A DNA stretch of 64,000 nucleotides from Terriglobia bacterium (GTDB taxonomy: Bacteria > Acidobacteriota > Polarisedimenticolia > Polarisedimenticolales > JAIQFR01), in the NCBI GenBank assembly GCA_963748015.1, contig CAVVHE010000004.1:448001-512000 (forward strand), written 5' to 3'. Shown here one piece after another: positions 19,041 through 29,082 of the stretch. The position numbers and the translations under genes are program-made. Every line of letters starts with the position of its first letter. Within the stretch, counting starts at the first letter, position 1. A model generated the notes under the pieces. It ran no database searches and had not been told where the DNA came from. It worked only from the letters and a program-made list of their open reading frames with translations.

Positions 19041-20897
19041 ATGTGCGGGATCTGCGGCAGCGTGGCGCTCGACGCCGGACCGCCCGGCGCGGAAGGCGTG
19101 CGCGCGATGCTGGCCGCGCTCGCGCACCGCGGCCCCGACTCCGAGGGTCTGTTCGAGACCCCGCGGGTCGTGGCCGGCATAAGGCGGCTCCGCGTGATCG
19201 ATCTCGAGACGGGCGACCAGCCGATCGCGAGCGAGGACGGGTCGGTGGAGGTCGTGTTCAACGGCGAGATCTACAACTTCCGCGAGCTGCGTCGCGAGCT
19301 CGAGGGGGCCGGGCATCGCTTCCGGACGAGATCGGACACGGAGGTCCTGGTCCACCTCTGGGAGGATGCGGGACCGGCGATGCTCCCGAGGCTCGACGGG
19401 ATGTTCGCGTTCTGCCTCCACGACCGGAAGACGGACGAGGTCCTCATCGCGCGGGACCGTCTCGGGGTGAAGCCGCTCTACTACCGCGAGAGCGGCGGCC
19501 GGCTGGACTTCGCCTCGGAGATCTCGGCGCTGCTCCGGGCGCCGGGCCCGGGCGCGGAGCTCGACGAGCAGGCCCTCGTGGAGCTCTTCTGCCTGCAGTA
19601 CCTCACCGGCGACCGGACGCCGTACCGCGGGGTGCGGAAGCTGCTCCCGGGCCGGCTCCTCCACGTGCGCGGGGGGCGGGTCGACGGAGCGACCTGGTGG
19701 GACGTCCCGCGCGCGGAAGAGGATCCGCTCCTCGACCGGCGCCGCGTCCGGGAGGAGCTCCCGGCCCTCCTCGGCGAGGCGGTGCGGAGACAGACGGTGT
19801 CGGACGTCCCGCTCGGCATGTTCCTGTCGGGGGGGATCGACTCGACGGTCTTGCTGCACCTGCTCTCCGAGGGGGCGGCGCAGCCGGTCTCCACGTTCTC
19901 CGTCGGGTTCGAGGGGGAGAGCGGCGACGCCGATCTCGCCTGGGCGCGTCTCGTGGCCGCGCGCTACGGAACGCGCCACCACGAGATGCTCCTCCGCGCT
20001 TCCGACGTGGCGGCGGCGCTCCCGCGCCTCGTGGACCACGCGTCCCTGCCGGTGACCGACCCGGCCCTGATCCCCACGCTCATGCTCTCGGAGCTCGCGC
20101 GCCGGGACGTCACCGTCGTGCTCACCGGGGAGGGCGCGGACGAGATCTTCGGCGGATATCGCCGCTACGTGCACCAATCCCGGCTCGGGTGGCTCGCGCG
20201 GCTTCCGGGCCTGCGCGTTGCGTCGCGCCTGCCCCTGGTGTCGGCGTTCCTCCCGTCGAGAGGGGCGCAGGCGCTCGACGCACTGGGAGAGCGGGACGCG
20301 GCCCGCAACCACTTCCTGTGGTTGGCGACCGTGGACCTTCGGACGGCCCGCGAGCTGTTCGATCCCGAGGCGGTGGCTACCGTCGAGCGCACGGCGGTCG
20401 CCGCGTTTCGCGGGCACTTCGACGGGCGGGACGGGACCGCGGCACGCCTCTCCGCCGACTTGACCGAGTGGCTGCCCCACGATCTCCTCGCGAAGGTCGA
20501 TCTCGCCTCGATGGCGCATTCGCTCGAGGCCCGCGTGCCCTACCTCGATCCCGGCGTGGTCGCGTGGGCGGCGAAGCTGCCCGGGCACCTCCGCATCGCC
20601 GGCGGCGTCACCAAGGTCGCGTTGCGCGAGGCGTTCGACGGGGCAATCCCCTCCGAGATCCTGCGGCGCCCCAAGCGCGGGTTCGACCTGCCGCTCGGCG
20701 CGTGGATCCGCGGCCCGCTGCGCTCCATGGCGGAGGATCTCCTCGCGGGGGGGAGGGCCCCCGCGCTGGCCCCGCTGAGGCGGGGGCAGGCTGCCGCGAT
20801 GCTCGATCTCCACCTCCGCGGAAAGCGGGATCTCGGCCTACCGCTGTTCCTTCTCATGTCGATCCTCCTCTTCCTCGAGCGGCGGAGGGGGCGGTGA
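19041..20897 (+). CDS. asnB: Asparagine synthase-type glutamine amidotransferase
   Basis: MCGICG N-terminal nucleophile; HRGPD, FNGEIYN, LSGGIDS, GEGADE and SLEARVP motifs. Confidence 0.92.
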   Translation: MCGICGSVALDAGPPGAEGVRAMLAALAHRGPDSEGLFETPRVVAGIRRLRVIDLETGDQPIASEDGSVEVVFNGEIYNFRELRRELEGAGHRFRTRSDTEVLVHLWEDAGPAMLPRLDGMFAFCLHDRKTDEVLIARDRLGVKPLYYRESGGRLDFASEISALLRAPGPGAELDEQALVELFCLQYLTGDRTPYRGVRKLLPGRLLHVRGGRVDGATWWDVPRAEEDPLLDRRRVREELPALLGEAVRRQTVSDVPLGMFLSGGIDSTVLLHLLSEGAAQPVSTFSVGFEGESGDADLAWARLVAARYGTRHHEMLLRASDVAAALPRLVDHASLPVTDPALIPTLMLSELARRDVTVVLTGEGADEIFGGYRRYVHQSRLGWLARLPGLRVASRLPLVSAFLPSRGAQALDALGERDAARNHFLWLATVDLRTARELFDPEAVATVERTAVAAFRGHFDGRDGTAARLSADLTEWLPHDLLAKVDLASMAHSLEARVPYLDPGVVAWAAKLPGHLRIAGGVTKVALREAFDGAIPSEILRRPKRGFDLPLGAWIRGPLRSMAEDLLAGGRAPALAPLRRGQAAAMLDLHLRGKRDLGLPLFLLMSILLFLERRRGR

Positions 20898-22075
20898 AGG
20901 CGCGCATCGTCCACGCGATCACCCGCCTCGACCTGGGCGGAGCTCAGCAGAACACGCTGTTCTGCGTCTCCCGCCACGACCGCGCGCGGTTCGAGGTGGG
21001 GCTGGTGGCGGGACGCGGCGGCCTCCTCGACGAGGAGGCGCTGGGGATCCGGGACGCGGACATCCGTATCGTTCCGTGGCTGCGCCATCCGATCTCCCCC
21101 TTCAGGGACGTCCTGGCCGTCGCGCGCCTTGCCGCTCATTTCCGCCGGGAGCGGGTCCACCTAGTCCACACGCACTCCTCGAAGGCGGGGATCGTCGGCC
21201 GCCTCGCGGCGCGCGTGGCGGGCGTGCCCGCGGTGGTGCATACCGTGCACGGCTGGAGCTTCAACGATACGCAGCGCCCCGCGGTCAGGAAGCTCTACGC
21301 GGCGTTCGAGCGCGCGGTGGGATCGTTCACGGACAGGATCGTGGTCGTTTCGGAGTCCGACCGAAACAGGGGACTTGCCGCGGGGATCGGGTGCCTCGAG
21401 CGCTACCGGCTGCTGCGGAGCGGGATCGATCCTTCGATTTACCGGCGGCCGGCGACGCCGCGCGAGGAAACCCGGGCGGCGCTCGGTTTCTTCCCCGGGC
21501 AGACGGTCGTCGGGACGCTCGCCTGCCTCAAGGCGCAGAAGGCGCCCCTCGATTTCGTGGAGGCCGCCGCCGTGGCGCACGCCCGCGATCCGGAGATGCG
21601 CTTCTTCCTCGCCGGTGACGGAGAGCTCCGGCCGGCGGTCGAGGAGAGGATCCGCGAGCGGGGGCTCGACGGGGTGGTCCGGCTCCTCGGGTGGCGCCGG
21701 GACGTTCCCGACCTCCTCCACGCGATGGACCTTTTCCTCCTCACGTCGAGGTTCGAGGGACTGCCCCGGGCGGTGCTCCAGGCGATGGCCGCCGGCGTGC
21801 CCGTCGTCGCGACCGACGTGGACGGCACGCCCGAGGTGGTTCGCGACGGCGTGACCGGCGACCTCGTCCCCCCCGCCGATCCCGTCGCGGCGGCCGACAG
21901 GCTGGTGGCGCTGGCCGGGGACCCCGGGCGGCGCGCCCGCTACGCGGAGCGCGCCCGCGAGGTCCTGAAGGAGTCGTTCGACGTCAACCGGATGGTGACG
22001 GAGCTCGACGAGCTGTACGTCGGGGTGCTTGCCGGGAAGCCGACCTGGGCTAAATTGGGTTCCGATGAAAACTGA
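20894..22075 (+). CDS. GT4 glycosyltransferase
   Basis: GGAQ, HTHSSKAG, HTVHG and SRFEGLPRAVLQAMA motifs. Confidence 0.9.
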   Translation: MKARIVHAITRLDLGGAQQNTLFCVSRHDRARFEVGLVAGRGGLLDEEALGIRDADIRIVPWLRHPISPFRDVLAVARLAAHFRRERVHLVHTHSSKAGIVGRLAARVAGVPAVVHTVHGWSFNDTQRPAVRKLYAAFERAVGSFTDRIVVVSESDRNRGLAAGIGCLERYRLLRSGIDPSIYRRPATPREETRAALGFFPGQTVVGTLACLKAQKAPLDFVEAAAVAHARDPEMRFFLAGDGELRPAVEERIRERGLDGVVRLLGWRRDVPDLLHAMDLFLLTSRFEGLPRAVLQAMAAGVPVVATDVDGTPEVVRDGVTGDLVPPADPVAAADRLVALAGDPGRRARYAERAREVLKESFDVNRMVTELDELYVGVLAGKPTWAKLGSDEN

Positions 22076-23018
22076 CGCCGGGCAGACCGGCTCCGCGATC
22101 CGGCTGACGGGACTCGCGAAGTCCTTCCACGGCCATCTCGGTATCGGCCGGACCGTGGCGGTGGAGCAGCTCGACCTCGATGTCGCGCCGGGACAGATCT
22201 TCGGGCTCCTCGGTCCGAACGGGGCGGGGAAGACGACCACGCTCAAGATGATCCTGAGCTTGATCCGGCCCGACCGCGGATCGGTGCGCCTGTTCGGCCT
22301 GCCGCCTTCCGATCCCGGCGCCAGGGCGAGGGTCGGGTTCCTTCCGGAGAATCCCTACTTCTACGACTACCTCACCGCGGAGGAGTTCCTCGACTTCTAC
22401 GGTCGCCTCCACGGCATGCCCTCGGGAGAGCGGCGGGCGCGCGTCGGCGCGCTCCTGTCGAGGGTCGGTCTCGGGGGACGAGAGCGGACGCCGCTGCGGA
22501 AGTTCTCGAAGGGGATGATCCAGCGGATCGGGCTCGCCCAGGCGATCCTCGCCGATCCGGACCTCCTCATCCTCGACGAGCCGATGTCGGGACTCGACCC
22601 GGTGGGACGGCGAGAGGTCCGGGACCTGATCCTGGCCCAGCGCGCCGCGGGAGGGACGGTCTTCTTCTCGAGCCACATCCTCCAGGACGCCGAGATGATC
22701 TGCGACCGGGTGGCGATCCTGGTCCGGGGAAGAGTGCGGTTCGAGGGGGCCCTCGAGGACCTCGTTTCCCGCAAGGTGCTCTGGTACGAGGTCGCCGTCC
22801 GGGGGGTTCCGCCGGGCGGCCTGCCGGCCGAGCTGCTGTCGTCGGCCGGCGCCGAGTCCCTTCTGAAGGTGCGCGACGTCGAGGGGCTCGCGCGCGTGCT
22901 TGCGTCGGTCCAGTCCCTGGGAGGACAGGTGACCTCCGTGTGGCCGAGGCGGGAGACGCTCGAGGACCTGTTCATGCGCGAGGTCGCGACGGGCGGCTCG
23001 AGGGAGGCCGGGGCATGA
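22065..23018 (+). CDS. ABC ATPase (PilH/XapD-like)
   Basis: [14 protein letters not shown] and [12 protein letters not shown] motifs; pilus-locus context. Confidence 0.9.
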   Translation: MKTDAGQTGSAIRLTGLAKSFHGHLGIGRTVAVEQLDLDVAPGQIFGLLGPNGAGKTTTLKMILSLIRPDRGSVRLFGLPPSDPGARARVGFLPENPYFYDYLTAEEFLDFYGRLHGMPSGERRARVGALLSRVGLGGRERTPLRKFSKGMIQRIGLAQAILADPDLLILDEPMSGLDPVGRREVRDLILAQRAAGGTVFFSSHILQDAEMICDRVAILVRGRVRFEGALEDLVSRKVLWYEVAVRGVPPGGLPAELLSSAGAESLLKVRDVEGLARVLASVQSLGGQVTSVWPRRETLEDLFMREVATGGSREAGA

Positions 23019-23824
23019 CGCAGGCCACGCCCGCACGCGAGCGGCGCCGGCCCGGCCCGGCGGGGGCGGTCGTGGCGATCGCCCTCAACACGTTCCGCGA
23101 GGGGATCCGCGACCGCATTCTCTACCTCCTGCTCGCCTTCGCGCTTCTCCTGATCGCGGCGTCGCGCTTCCTCGCGCTGCTGACCGTGGGGGACGAGAGC
23201 AAGATCATCAAGGACCTCGGGCTCTCGGCGATCTCGATCTTCGGCCTCCTCACGTCGATGTTCGTAGGGGTCTCCCTCCTGTTCAAGGAGATCGAGCGCC
23301 GGACCATCTACACGCTCCTTGCGAAGCCGGTGTCCCGCTGGCAATTCGTCGCGGGGAAGTACGCGGGGCTCATGACGATCCTCGCCGTCAACCTCGTGCT
23401 GATGGCGGCGGTGCTCGCGGCGATCCTCCTCTTCCGCGGCGAGTCGCCGGTGCCCCTTCTCCCCGCGGAGCTGCTGATTCTGGTGGAACTCGCCCTCGTG
23501 ACGGCTTTCGCCGTCCTGTTCTCCAGCTTCACCAGTCCGATCCTGGCCGCGGTGGGCACGGCGGCCATCTACGTCGCGGGGCACCTGTCCTGGAGCTTCG
23601 ACCTCCTCAAGAAGAGACTGCCGCCGGGCATCGGGCGGACGCTGTGCGACGTGCTCCACTCGGTGATCCCGAACCTCGACCGGCTCGACCTCAAGACCGC
23701 GGCCGTCCACGCCCTCCCGGTGCCGCCCGGCGAGGTGCTGTGGGGGGCGGTCTATGGCCTCGCCTACGCGGCGGCGGTCCTGATCCTGGCGGCCTGGCGC
23801 TTCTCTCGAAGGGACTTCTCGTGA
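23015..23824 (+). CDS. ABC-2 permease (PilI-like)
   Basis: [31 protein letters not shown] and C-terminal FSRRDF; multiple TM segments. Confidence 0.85.
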   Translation: MTQATPARERRRPGPAGAVVAIALNTFREGIRDRILYLLLAFALLLIAASRFLALLTVGDESKIIKDLGLSAISIFGLLTSMFVGVSLLFKEIERRTIYTLLAKPVSRWQFVAGKYAGLMTILAVNLVLMAAVLAAILLFRGESPVPLLPAELLILVELALVTAFAVLFSSFTSPILAAVGTAAIYVAGHLSWSFDLLKKRLPPGIGRTLCDVLHSVIPNLDRLDLKTAAVHALPVPPGEVLWGAVYGLAYAAAVLILAAWRFSRRDFS

Positions 23825-23846
23825 TCCGGGGCGCTCGGTGCGGGGC

Positions 23847-24698
23847 ATGAAGCGGACTCTCGCCCTGCTGCTGCTCGTCGCCGCGGTGGCCCTCGCGGCG
23901 TTGTCCCGCGACCGTCTCGAGGCCTCGGCATCGGGGCCGGCCGGCGCGCGGAAGGAGCTTCTCTACCTCCCGAACGGGAAGCACCTCCGGGCGATGAGCC
24001 TCGGGCACGCCTCCCTCGCGGCCGACCTCGTCTACCTCTGGGCGATCCAGTACTACTCGGACTACGAGCGGGAGGACCGCTTCCGCTTCGTCGAGCACGT
24101 CTTCGGCGGCGTGATCGCGGATCTCGACCCGAGCTACGTCGATCCCTACTGGCTCGGCGCGATGATCCTGACCGTGGAGGCGGGAGACCTCGATGCGGGG
24201 CTGCGCATCCTCGACAAGGGGCTCGCCAACAACCCGTCGTCGTGGGTGCTTCCCTACCTGGCCGGATTCGAGTGCTACCGCGCCCGCAGACTCGATCGCG
24301 CCGCCGAGTACTTCGACAGGGCGAGCCGCGTTCCCGGGGCCCCGGCCCTAGCGCTCCGGATGAAGGCGGGGGTGCTCGCGAGGAAAGGGGACTTCCGCGA
24401 GTCCATCCGGCAGTGGGAAGACGTCCTGAACGATCCGCGCGGCGATTCGGCCTCCCGGGCGATCGCGGAGCGCCAGATCCGCGATCTGACGATGCGCGCC
24501 GACCTGGCCGATCTCTCCGAGGCGGTCGCCGCGTTCCGCGAGCGCCAGGGCCGCTTCCCTCGCTCCATCGACGAGGCGGCGCAGGCGGGCCTCGTGCGAG
24601 GAACCCCGCGGGATCCCGACGGCCGGCCGTACCTTTACGATCCGGCCACGGGGCGGGTCGCGTCCCGCGCCGGCGGCGTGCTGGGCGCTTCCCGATGA
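23847..24698 (+). CDS. Exported or membrane-anchored TPR protein (PilG/XapA-like)
   Basis: N-terminal hydrophobic segment; [16 protein letters not shown] and DLDP; TPR; C-terminal [12 protein letters not shown]. Confidence 0.65.
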   Translation: MKRTLALLLLVAAVALAALSRDRLEASASGPAGARKELLYLPNGKHLRAMSLGHASLAADLVYLWAIQYYSDYEREDRFRFVEHVFGGVIADLDPSYVDPYWLGAMILTVEAGDLDAGLRILDKGLANNPSSWVLPYLAGFECYRARRLDRAAEYFDRASRVPGAPALALRMKAGVLARKGDFRESIRQWEDVLNDPRGDSASRAIAERQIRDLTMRADLADLSEAVAAFRERQGRFPRSIDEAAQAGLVRGTPRDPDGRPYLYDPATGRVASRAGGVLGASR

Positions 24699-25507
24699 GC
24701 GCGGCGGTTCCGGAGCCCGTGGCCTCGATCTTCGTGACCGCGTTCGGACTCGTCATCGGGTCGTTCCTCAACGTGTGCATCTACCGCCTCCCGCGGGGCG
24801 AGAGCCTGGCGTTCCCGGGGTCGCACTGCCCTGCCTGCGGCACGCCCATTCGTTGGTACCAAAACGTTCCGGTCCTCTCCTGGGTCGCGCTGCGCGGCCG
24901 GTGCGCCTCGTGCCGGGCCCCGATCTCCTGGCGCTACCCGCTGGTGGAGGCGCTCGGCGGAGGGCTGCTCCTCGGCCTCTGGCTCGGGCTGGGGCCGGGT
25001 GCCGGCTTCGCGGTGGCGGCTCTTCTCGGGCTCATGCTGATCGTGCTGTTCTTCACCGATTTCGATCACCAGCTGCTCCCCGACGCGGTGACGCTCCCCG
25101 GGGCGGCGCTCGGCGCCGTCCTCGCCTGGTTCAATCCGTTCATCGGCGGGGAGGGCTTCGGGAGGCTCGCCGCGTCGCTCGCGGGGGCCGCCCTGGGCTC
25201 GGGATTGCTCTGGGCGATCGGGGCGATCTACGGCCGGCTTCGCGGGGTCGAAGCGATGGGAATGGGCGACGTGAAGATGATGGCGATGGTCGGGGCCTTC
25301 ACCGGTCCCCGCGGCGTTCTGTTCACGCTGTTCGCGGCTTCGGTGGTCGGGGCCGCGGTGGGCCTCGCGTTGATCCCGATTCGCGGCCGCTCGCTGCGGG
25401 ACACGCTGCCGTTCGGCTGCTTCCTCGCTCCGGCCGCCTTCGCGGCGCTTCTCGGCGCGAGGCACGCGTTCGACGCGTACCTCCGGTTACTGAGCCTGTC
25501 GCCCTGA
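24695..25507 (+). CDS. pilD: Prepilin peptidase / N-methyltransferase
   Basis: GSFLNVCIYRLP, CPAC/CASC Zn pairs, catalytic D and GMGDVK, LPFGCFLA. Confidence 0.93.
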   Translation: MSAAVPEPVASIFVTAFGLVIGSFLNVCIYRLPRGESLAFPGSHCPACGTPIRWYQNVPVLSWVALRGRCASCRAPISWRYPLVEALGGGLLLGLWLGLGPGAGFAVAALLGLMLIVLFFTDFDHQLLPDAVTLPGAALGAVLAWFNPFIGGEGFGRLAASLAGAALGSGLLWAIGAIYGRLRGVEAMGMGDVKMMAMVGAFTGPRGVLFTLFAASVVGAAVGLALIPIRGRSLRDTLPFGCFLAPAAFAALLGARHAFDAYLRLLSLSP

Positions 25508-25590
25508 GCCTGCCGGCCCGGGGCGCCGCGTCCCGTGCCCCGAACGGCGACGACGCGTCGCGGGGTAACCGGCCGGAAGCGCAACACGCT

Positions 25591-25610
25591 CGCGACAATC
25601 CGGTGTCGCG
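25591..25610. promoter_or_regulatory. Candidate upstream activator site
   Basis: CGCGACA-N6-TGTCGCG perfect inverted repeat about 113 bp upstream of a candidate -24. Confidence 0.45.
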
Positions 25611-25712
25611 CCTCGGACCGGCTCCAGGCCGCTCATCTCCTGTCGGGCGAGCCAGCGGTTCTCGAATGAACGGGGGACGCGGAGTTCCCGCCCTGCAACA
25701 CCGCGAGCGAGC

Positions 25713-25728
25713 GGGCATGGTTCCTGCT
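25713..25728 (+). promoter_or_regulatory. Candidate sigma54 promoter of the minor pilin operon
   Basis: GGGCATGGTTCCTGCT with GG-N10-GC spacing, in the 289-nt gap before the pilV-like gene. Confidence 0.55.
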
Positions 25729-25796
25729 GCTCCAGGGAGCGGCGCGCGGGCCGGGGCGGCGGTGGGCCGGCCGGCTCTTGCGGTGGGGTTGCTGCG

Positions 25797-26255
25797 ATGG
25801 GCCGACCCGCGGACTCGGGTTTCAGCTTGCTCGAGGCGGTGATCGCGCTCGGGCTCCTCTCGGGCGTGCTGATCGCGATCTCCGGGCTCTTCGTCCTCGC
25901 GGCGCAGCAGGTGGCGAGCGGCCGGAGCAGCAGCCAGGCGCTCGCCGCCGCGAGATCGATCCTGGAGGAGACGGACTGCTGGACGCTCCAGCAGGTCTAC
26001 CTGCTCTTCGGCTTCGACGGCAGCGCCCCGAGCTACGCGGCCGACACTCGAACCAACGCCTTCTCGGCGAGGTGGCAGCCGATGCTCGAGCCGGGGCTCT
26101 CGAACGGCGTCGCCACCTTGCGGATCGAGTCGCTGGGGCCGGGGGCCTCTCCGCCCGCGCTGAACGCCTCGCGGGCGATCCGCGTTCGCGTCACCGTGCG
26201 CTGGGACGAGGGCGCGCGGCGCCGCTCGGTGAGTCTCGTGGCGGTGAGGATGTGA
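25797..26255 (+). CDS. PilV-like minor pilin
   Basis: SG|FSLLEAVIALGLL with E5; C-terminal RVRVTVRW. Confidence 0.75.
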   Translation: MGRPADSGFSLLEAVIALGLLSGVLIAISGLFVLAAQQVASGRSSSQALAAARSILEETDCWTLQQVYLLFGFDGSAPSYAADTRTNAFSARWQPMLEPGLSNGVATLRIESLGPGASPPALNASRAIRVRVTVRWDEGARRRSVSLVAVRM

Positions 26256-27151
26256 GCGGCCCGCCGCGCCGGGGCGCCGCCGCGATGCGGGAAGCGCCGG
26301 AGCGGGCGGGCCAGGCCGGCCTCTCGCTGGCCGAGCTCCTGGTCGCGATCGCCGTCCTGGCGGTCGCTGGCGTCATCGCCCTCTCGCTTCACGACGCGGC
26401 GCGGCGGAGCGTCAAGAAGGGAGAGAACGCCGCCGAGCAGCAGCAGACCGTGAGGATCGCCTTCGACCGTCTGACCGCCGACCTCCGCGCGGCGGGCCTC
26501 AACGCCAATCCCGACGGCGACGCCGCGCGCCCGGACGAGCCGATCGAGGGGGCGTTCGACACGGCGATCGTGATCCGCGCGGATTTCGATGCGGGCGATC
26601 CATCGGCGTCGGCCACCCCGGAGGCGGCGCTTGCGACCGGCGGCGCCTTCGCGACCGTCTCCACGGGAAACGACGAGATCGTGACGTACGTCCTCGCGAG
26701 GCCGGACGGGACGAGCGCCGAGACGCTGACTTTCTTCGCCGATGTCGGCAGCCCGAGAACGGGCGCCGTCCGGCGCGTCGACATCCCGCGCGTGTCGCTC
26801 GCGCAGGGCGACCCGCCTTATACGCTGTACCGCATCACCCTCGGCAACACCGACGGCAGCCCGGTGAGGATGCCGCTCGCCGAGAACGTCAGGAGCCTGC
26901 GCTTCTCGTACCACGGTTGGGACGGAATGCCCATGGCCGGCCCCGGCGGTGACGAGACCGCGGGAGCCAAGGCAGCTCGAGGCGTCGTCCGGCGTATCAC
27001 GGTGGAGCTCTCCGGCCTGACGCGGGACCCCGATCCCGGATGGGAGGACGCGGCAGACCCGGATCCCCGCACCCGCGCCTACCGCAAGTTCCGTCTCGCC
27101 GGTGACGTGGCGCCGAGGAACCTGGGATTGAAGGGACTGCCCGATCCCTGA
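26252..27151 (+). CDS. PilW-like minor pilin
   Basis: QAG|LSLAELLVAIAVL, DRLTADLRAAG, LAENVRSLRFSY and PRNL. Start is GTG 26252 or ATG 26285. Confidence 0.78.
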   Translation: MSGPPRRGAAAMREAPERAGQAGLSLAELLVAIAVLAVAGVIALSLHDAARRSVKKGENAAEQQQTVRIAFDRLTADLRAAGLNANPDGDAARPDEPIEGAFDTAIVIRADFDAGDPSASATPEAALATGGAFATVSTGNDEIVTYVLARPDGTSAETLTFFADVGSPRTGAVRRVDIPRVSLAQGDPPYTLYRITLGNTDGSPVRMPLAENVRSLRFSYHGWDGMPMAGPGGDETAGAKAARGVVRRITVELSGLTRDPDPGWEDAADPDPRTRAYRKFRLAGDVAPRNLGLKGLPDP

Positions 27152-27178
27152 TGTCCCCGGATCGAGGAGGAAGCGTCG

Positions 27179-29044
27179 ATGCGCGAAACGGCGCCGCGAT
27201 CGGAACCCGTCGAGAGAGGCTCGGCCCTCGTGTTCGCCCTCCTCGTGACCGCGATCCTCGCGCTGCTCGGTCTTTCCTTGATGCTCGTCGCGGAGACCGA
27301 GACCCGCATCGTCGACAACGAGAGGTGCGCCGCCCAGGCCCTCTACGTCGCGGAAGCCGGGGCCCGCATGGTGAAACGGTGGTTCGACGGCCCCGGTGCC
27401 GCGGCCAACGTGCTGAACCTCAGGGAGAGCGTGGTCGATCGCTCGCTGCGGCTGATCGAGGACGACGGGGACCCCGCGACGGCGCCGCACCCCCAGGACG
27501 GTACGTCCTGGCCGCGGTACAAGCAGGGAATCGACCTCGACGCCGACGGCGCGGACGACCTCCTCGACGAGCCCTATCGCGGTGGAGCCGGCCGCGACGA
27601 GGCCCTCCGCCATGCGCTGCTCGGCACCGAATCGGGGCCGGACATGCGGATCGCCGAGGGACACTCGGCCGAATCGACCGCGTTTCTCGGTGACCTGTCG
27701 AGGACGCTGATGGCGGATTTCCCCTCGTCCTCGTCCGGAGTCGTCGCTCGTATCGTGGCGATCGACGTCTACGGGCCGCCTTCTCTCCCCGCCGGCGGGC
27801 GGTGGACCCGATTCGGCGTGGCGACGGCGAAGGTGACCGCGCGGATCTGCAAGACTTCCGCCGGGGTCGAGGAGATCCTCGCGGAGCACGTCGTGAAGGT
27901 CGTGCTCAGCGCGGTGCCGTACCCCCGTATCATGGCGCCGTTCCACTCCTGTGGCCCCGTTCCGGCCGGCGGCGATCTGGGCGTGCACTGGGGGGACGCC
28001 GTCGCGACGGGGCCCTTCGATCTCGACGCGAGCGGCGTGGACGGCCTGCCCCGCAGCGTCCCCCGCGAGGTCCCCCCGGCCGCGCACGTCGATCTCCTTC
28101 ACGGCTCGAGCAGCCCGGCGGACGACGATATCTGGACGCGGCTCCGGGACGCGCTCGAGGCCGGAGCGGACATCGACGATCCTTGGTTCCGCTTCCTCGG
28201 CGGTGGACCGGCCATCGGCCCGGCCGCGGAGCCGTCGCCCCAGCTGCGGCCTCCCTCGACTACGGGACAGGACCATTCGAACGTCTTCCAGAACCTCGGC
28301 GGCATCGGCTGCCCCGATCTCGACTACGACACGTGGAAAGCGGTCGCGGTCGCCGGAGGCGAGAACGTCCACTACTTTGCCTGGAGAGGGGGAACCACCT
28401 TCAGCGAGAGCGGCGTGGGGCCGCCCGAGGAGTTCGAGACGCTGACGAACGGGAGGACGGGGCTCTTCTTCTTCGACACCCGAGACGGGAGCCGCCCTAG
28501 CGCGACGCTCGATCCGAGCGGCCTTCCGGTCAACGTCACCCCGGCGCTTCGGCTGGGCGCGGGCGGCGTGAGGGGATTCCTCTACCTGAACGCCGCGGGA
28601 TTCGAGGCGGCCGGGGATGCCGGAATCGCCGCGACCCTCACGATGCCCGGCGAGCCGTTTCGCGACGTCAACCGGAACGGCGTCCGCGACGCGGGGGAGC
28701 CCTGGATCAACCTGAACTACACCGAGCTCGGGGACCCGGACGCTCCGATCCGGGGGCGCGCGGCGGACGACTTCGGGAACCCGGGACGCGGCGCGGTCTA
28801 CAACGCGGCAGGGCCGGGTTTCGCGGTCCGGACCGCCGTGGACGGAGTCGTCTACGTCCGGGGGACCTTCGCATCACGGGGCCCGGCGCGAGTTTACGGA
28901 AGCGTGATCGCCCGATCGGGGGTGCCGCGCTCCGGTCGGGCTGCCGGAATCTACTGGAACGACGCTCTCGGGACGGCCTTTCCTCCCGCCTCCTGGGGCC
29001 TGCCGCGCGTCATGGTCACCCGCTGGGAAACCGGTTCGAGGTGA
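27179..29044 (+). CDS. Large PilX-like minor pilin
   Basis: ERG|SALVFALLV (no E5), ALYVAEAG and C-terminal TRWE; 621 aa. Confidence 0.75.
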   Translation: MRETAPRSEPVERGSALVFALLVTAILALLGLSLMLVAETETRIVDNERCAAQALYVAEAGARMVKRWFDGPGAAANVLNLRESVVDRSLRLIEDDGDPATAPHPQDGTSWPRYKQGIDLDADGADDLLDEPYRGGAGRDEALRHALLGTESGPDMRIAEGHSAESTAFLGDLSRTLMADFPSSSSGVVARIVAIDVYGPPSLPAGGRWTRFGVATAKVTARICKTSAGVEEILAEHVVKVVLSAVPYPRIMAPFHSCGPVPAGGDLGVHWGDAVATGPFDLDASGVDGLPRSVPREVPPAAHVDLLHGSSSPADDDIWTRLRDALEAGADIDDPWFRFLGGGPAIGPAAEPSPQLRPPSTTGQDHSNVFQNLGGIGCPDLDYDTWKAVAVAGGENVHYFAWRGGTTFSESGVGPPEEFETLTNGRTGLFFFDTRDGSRPSATLDPSGLPVNVTPALRLGAGGVRGFLYLNAAGFEAAGDAGIAATLTMPGEPFRDVNRNGVRDAGEPWINLNYTELGDPDAPIRGRAADDFGNPGRGAVYNAAGPGFAVRTAVDGVVYVRGTFASRGPARVYGSVIARSGVPRSGRAAGIYWNDALGTAFPPASWGLPRVMVTRWETGSR

Positions 29045-29082
29045 CCTATATTTGAGCAGGCGGTCCGAGGGAGGGTTTCGCG

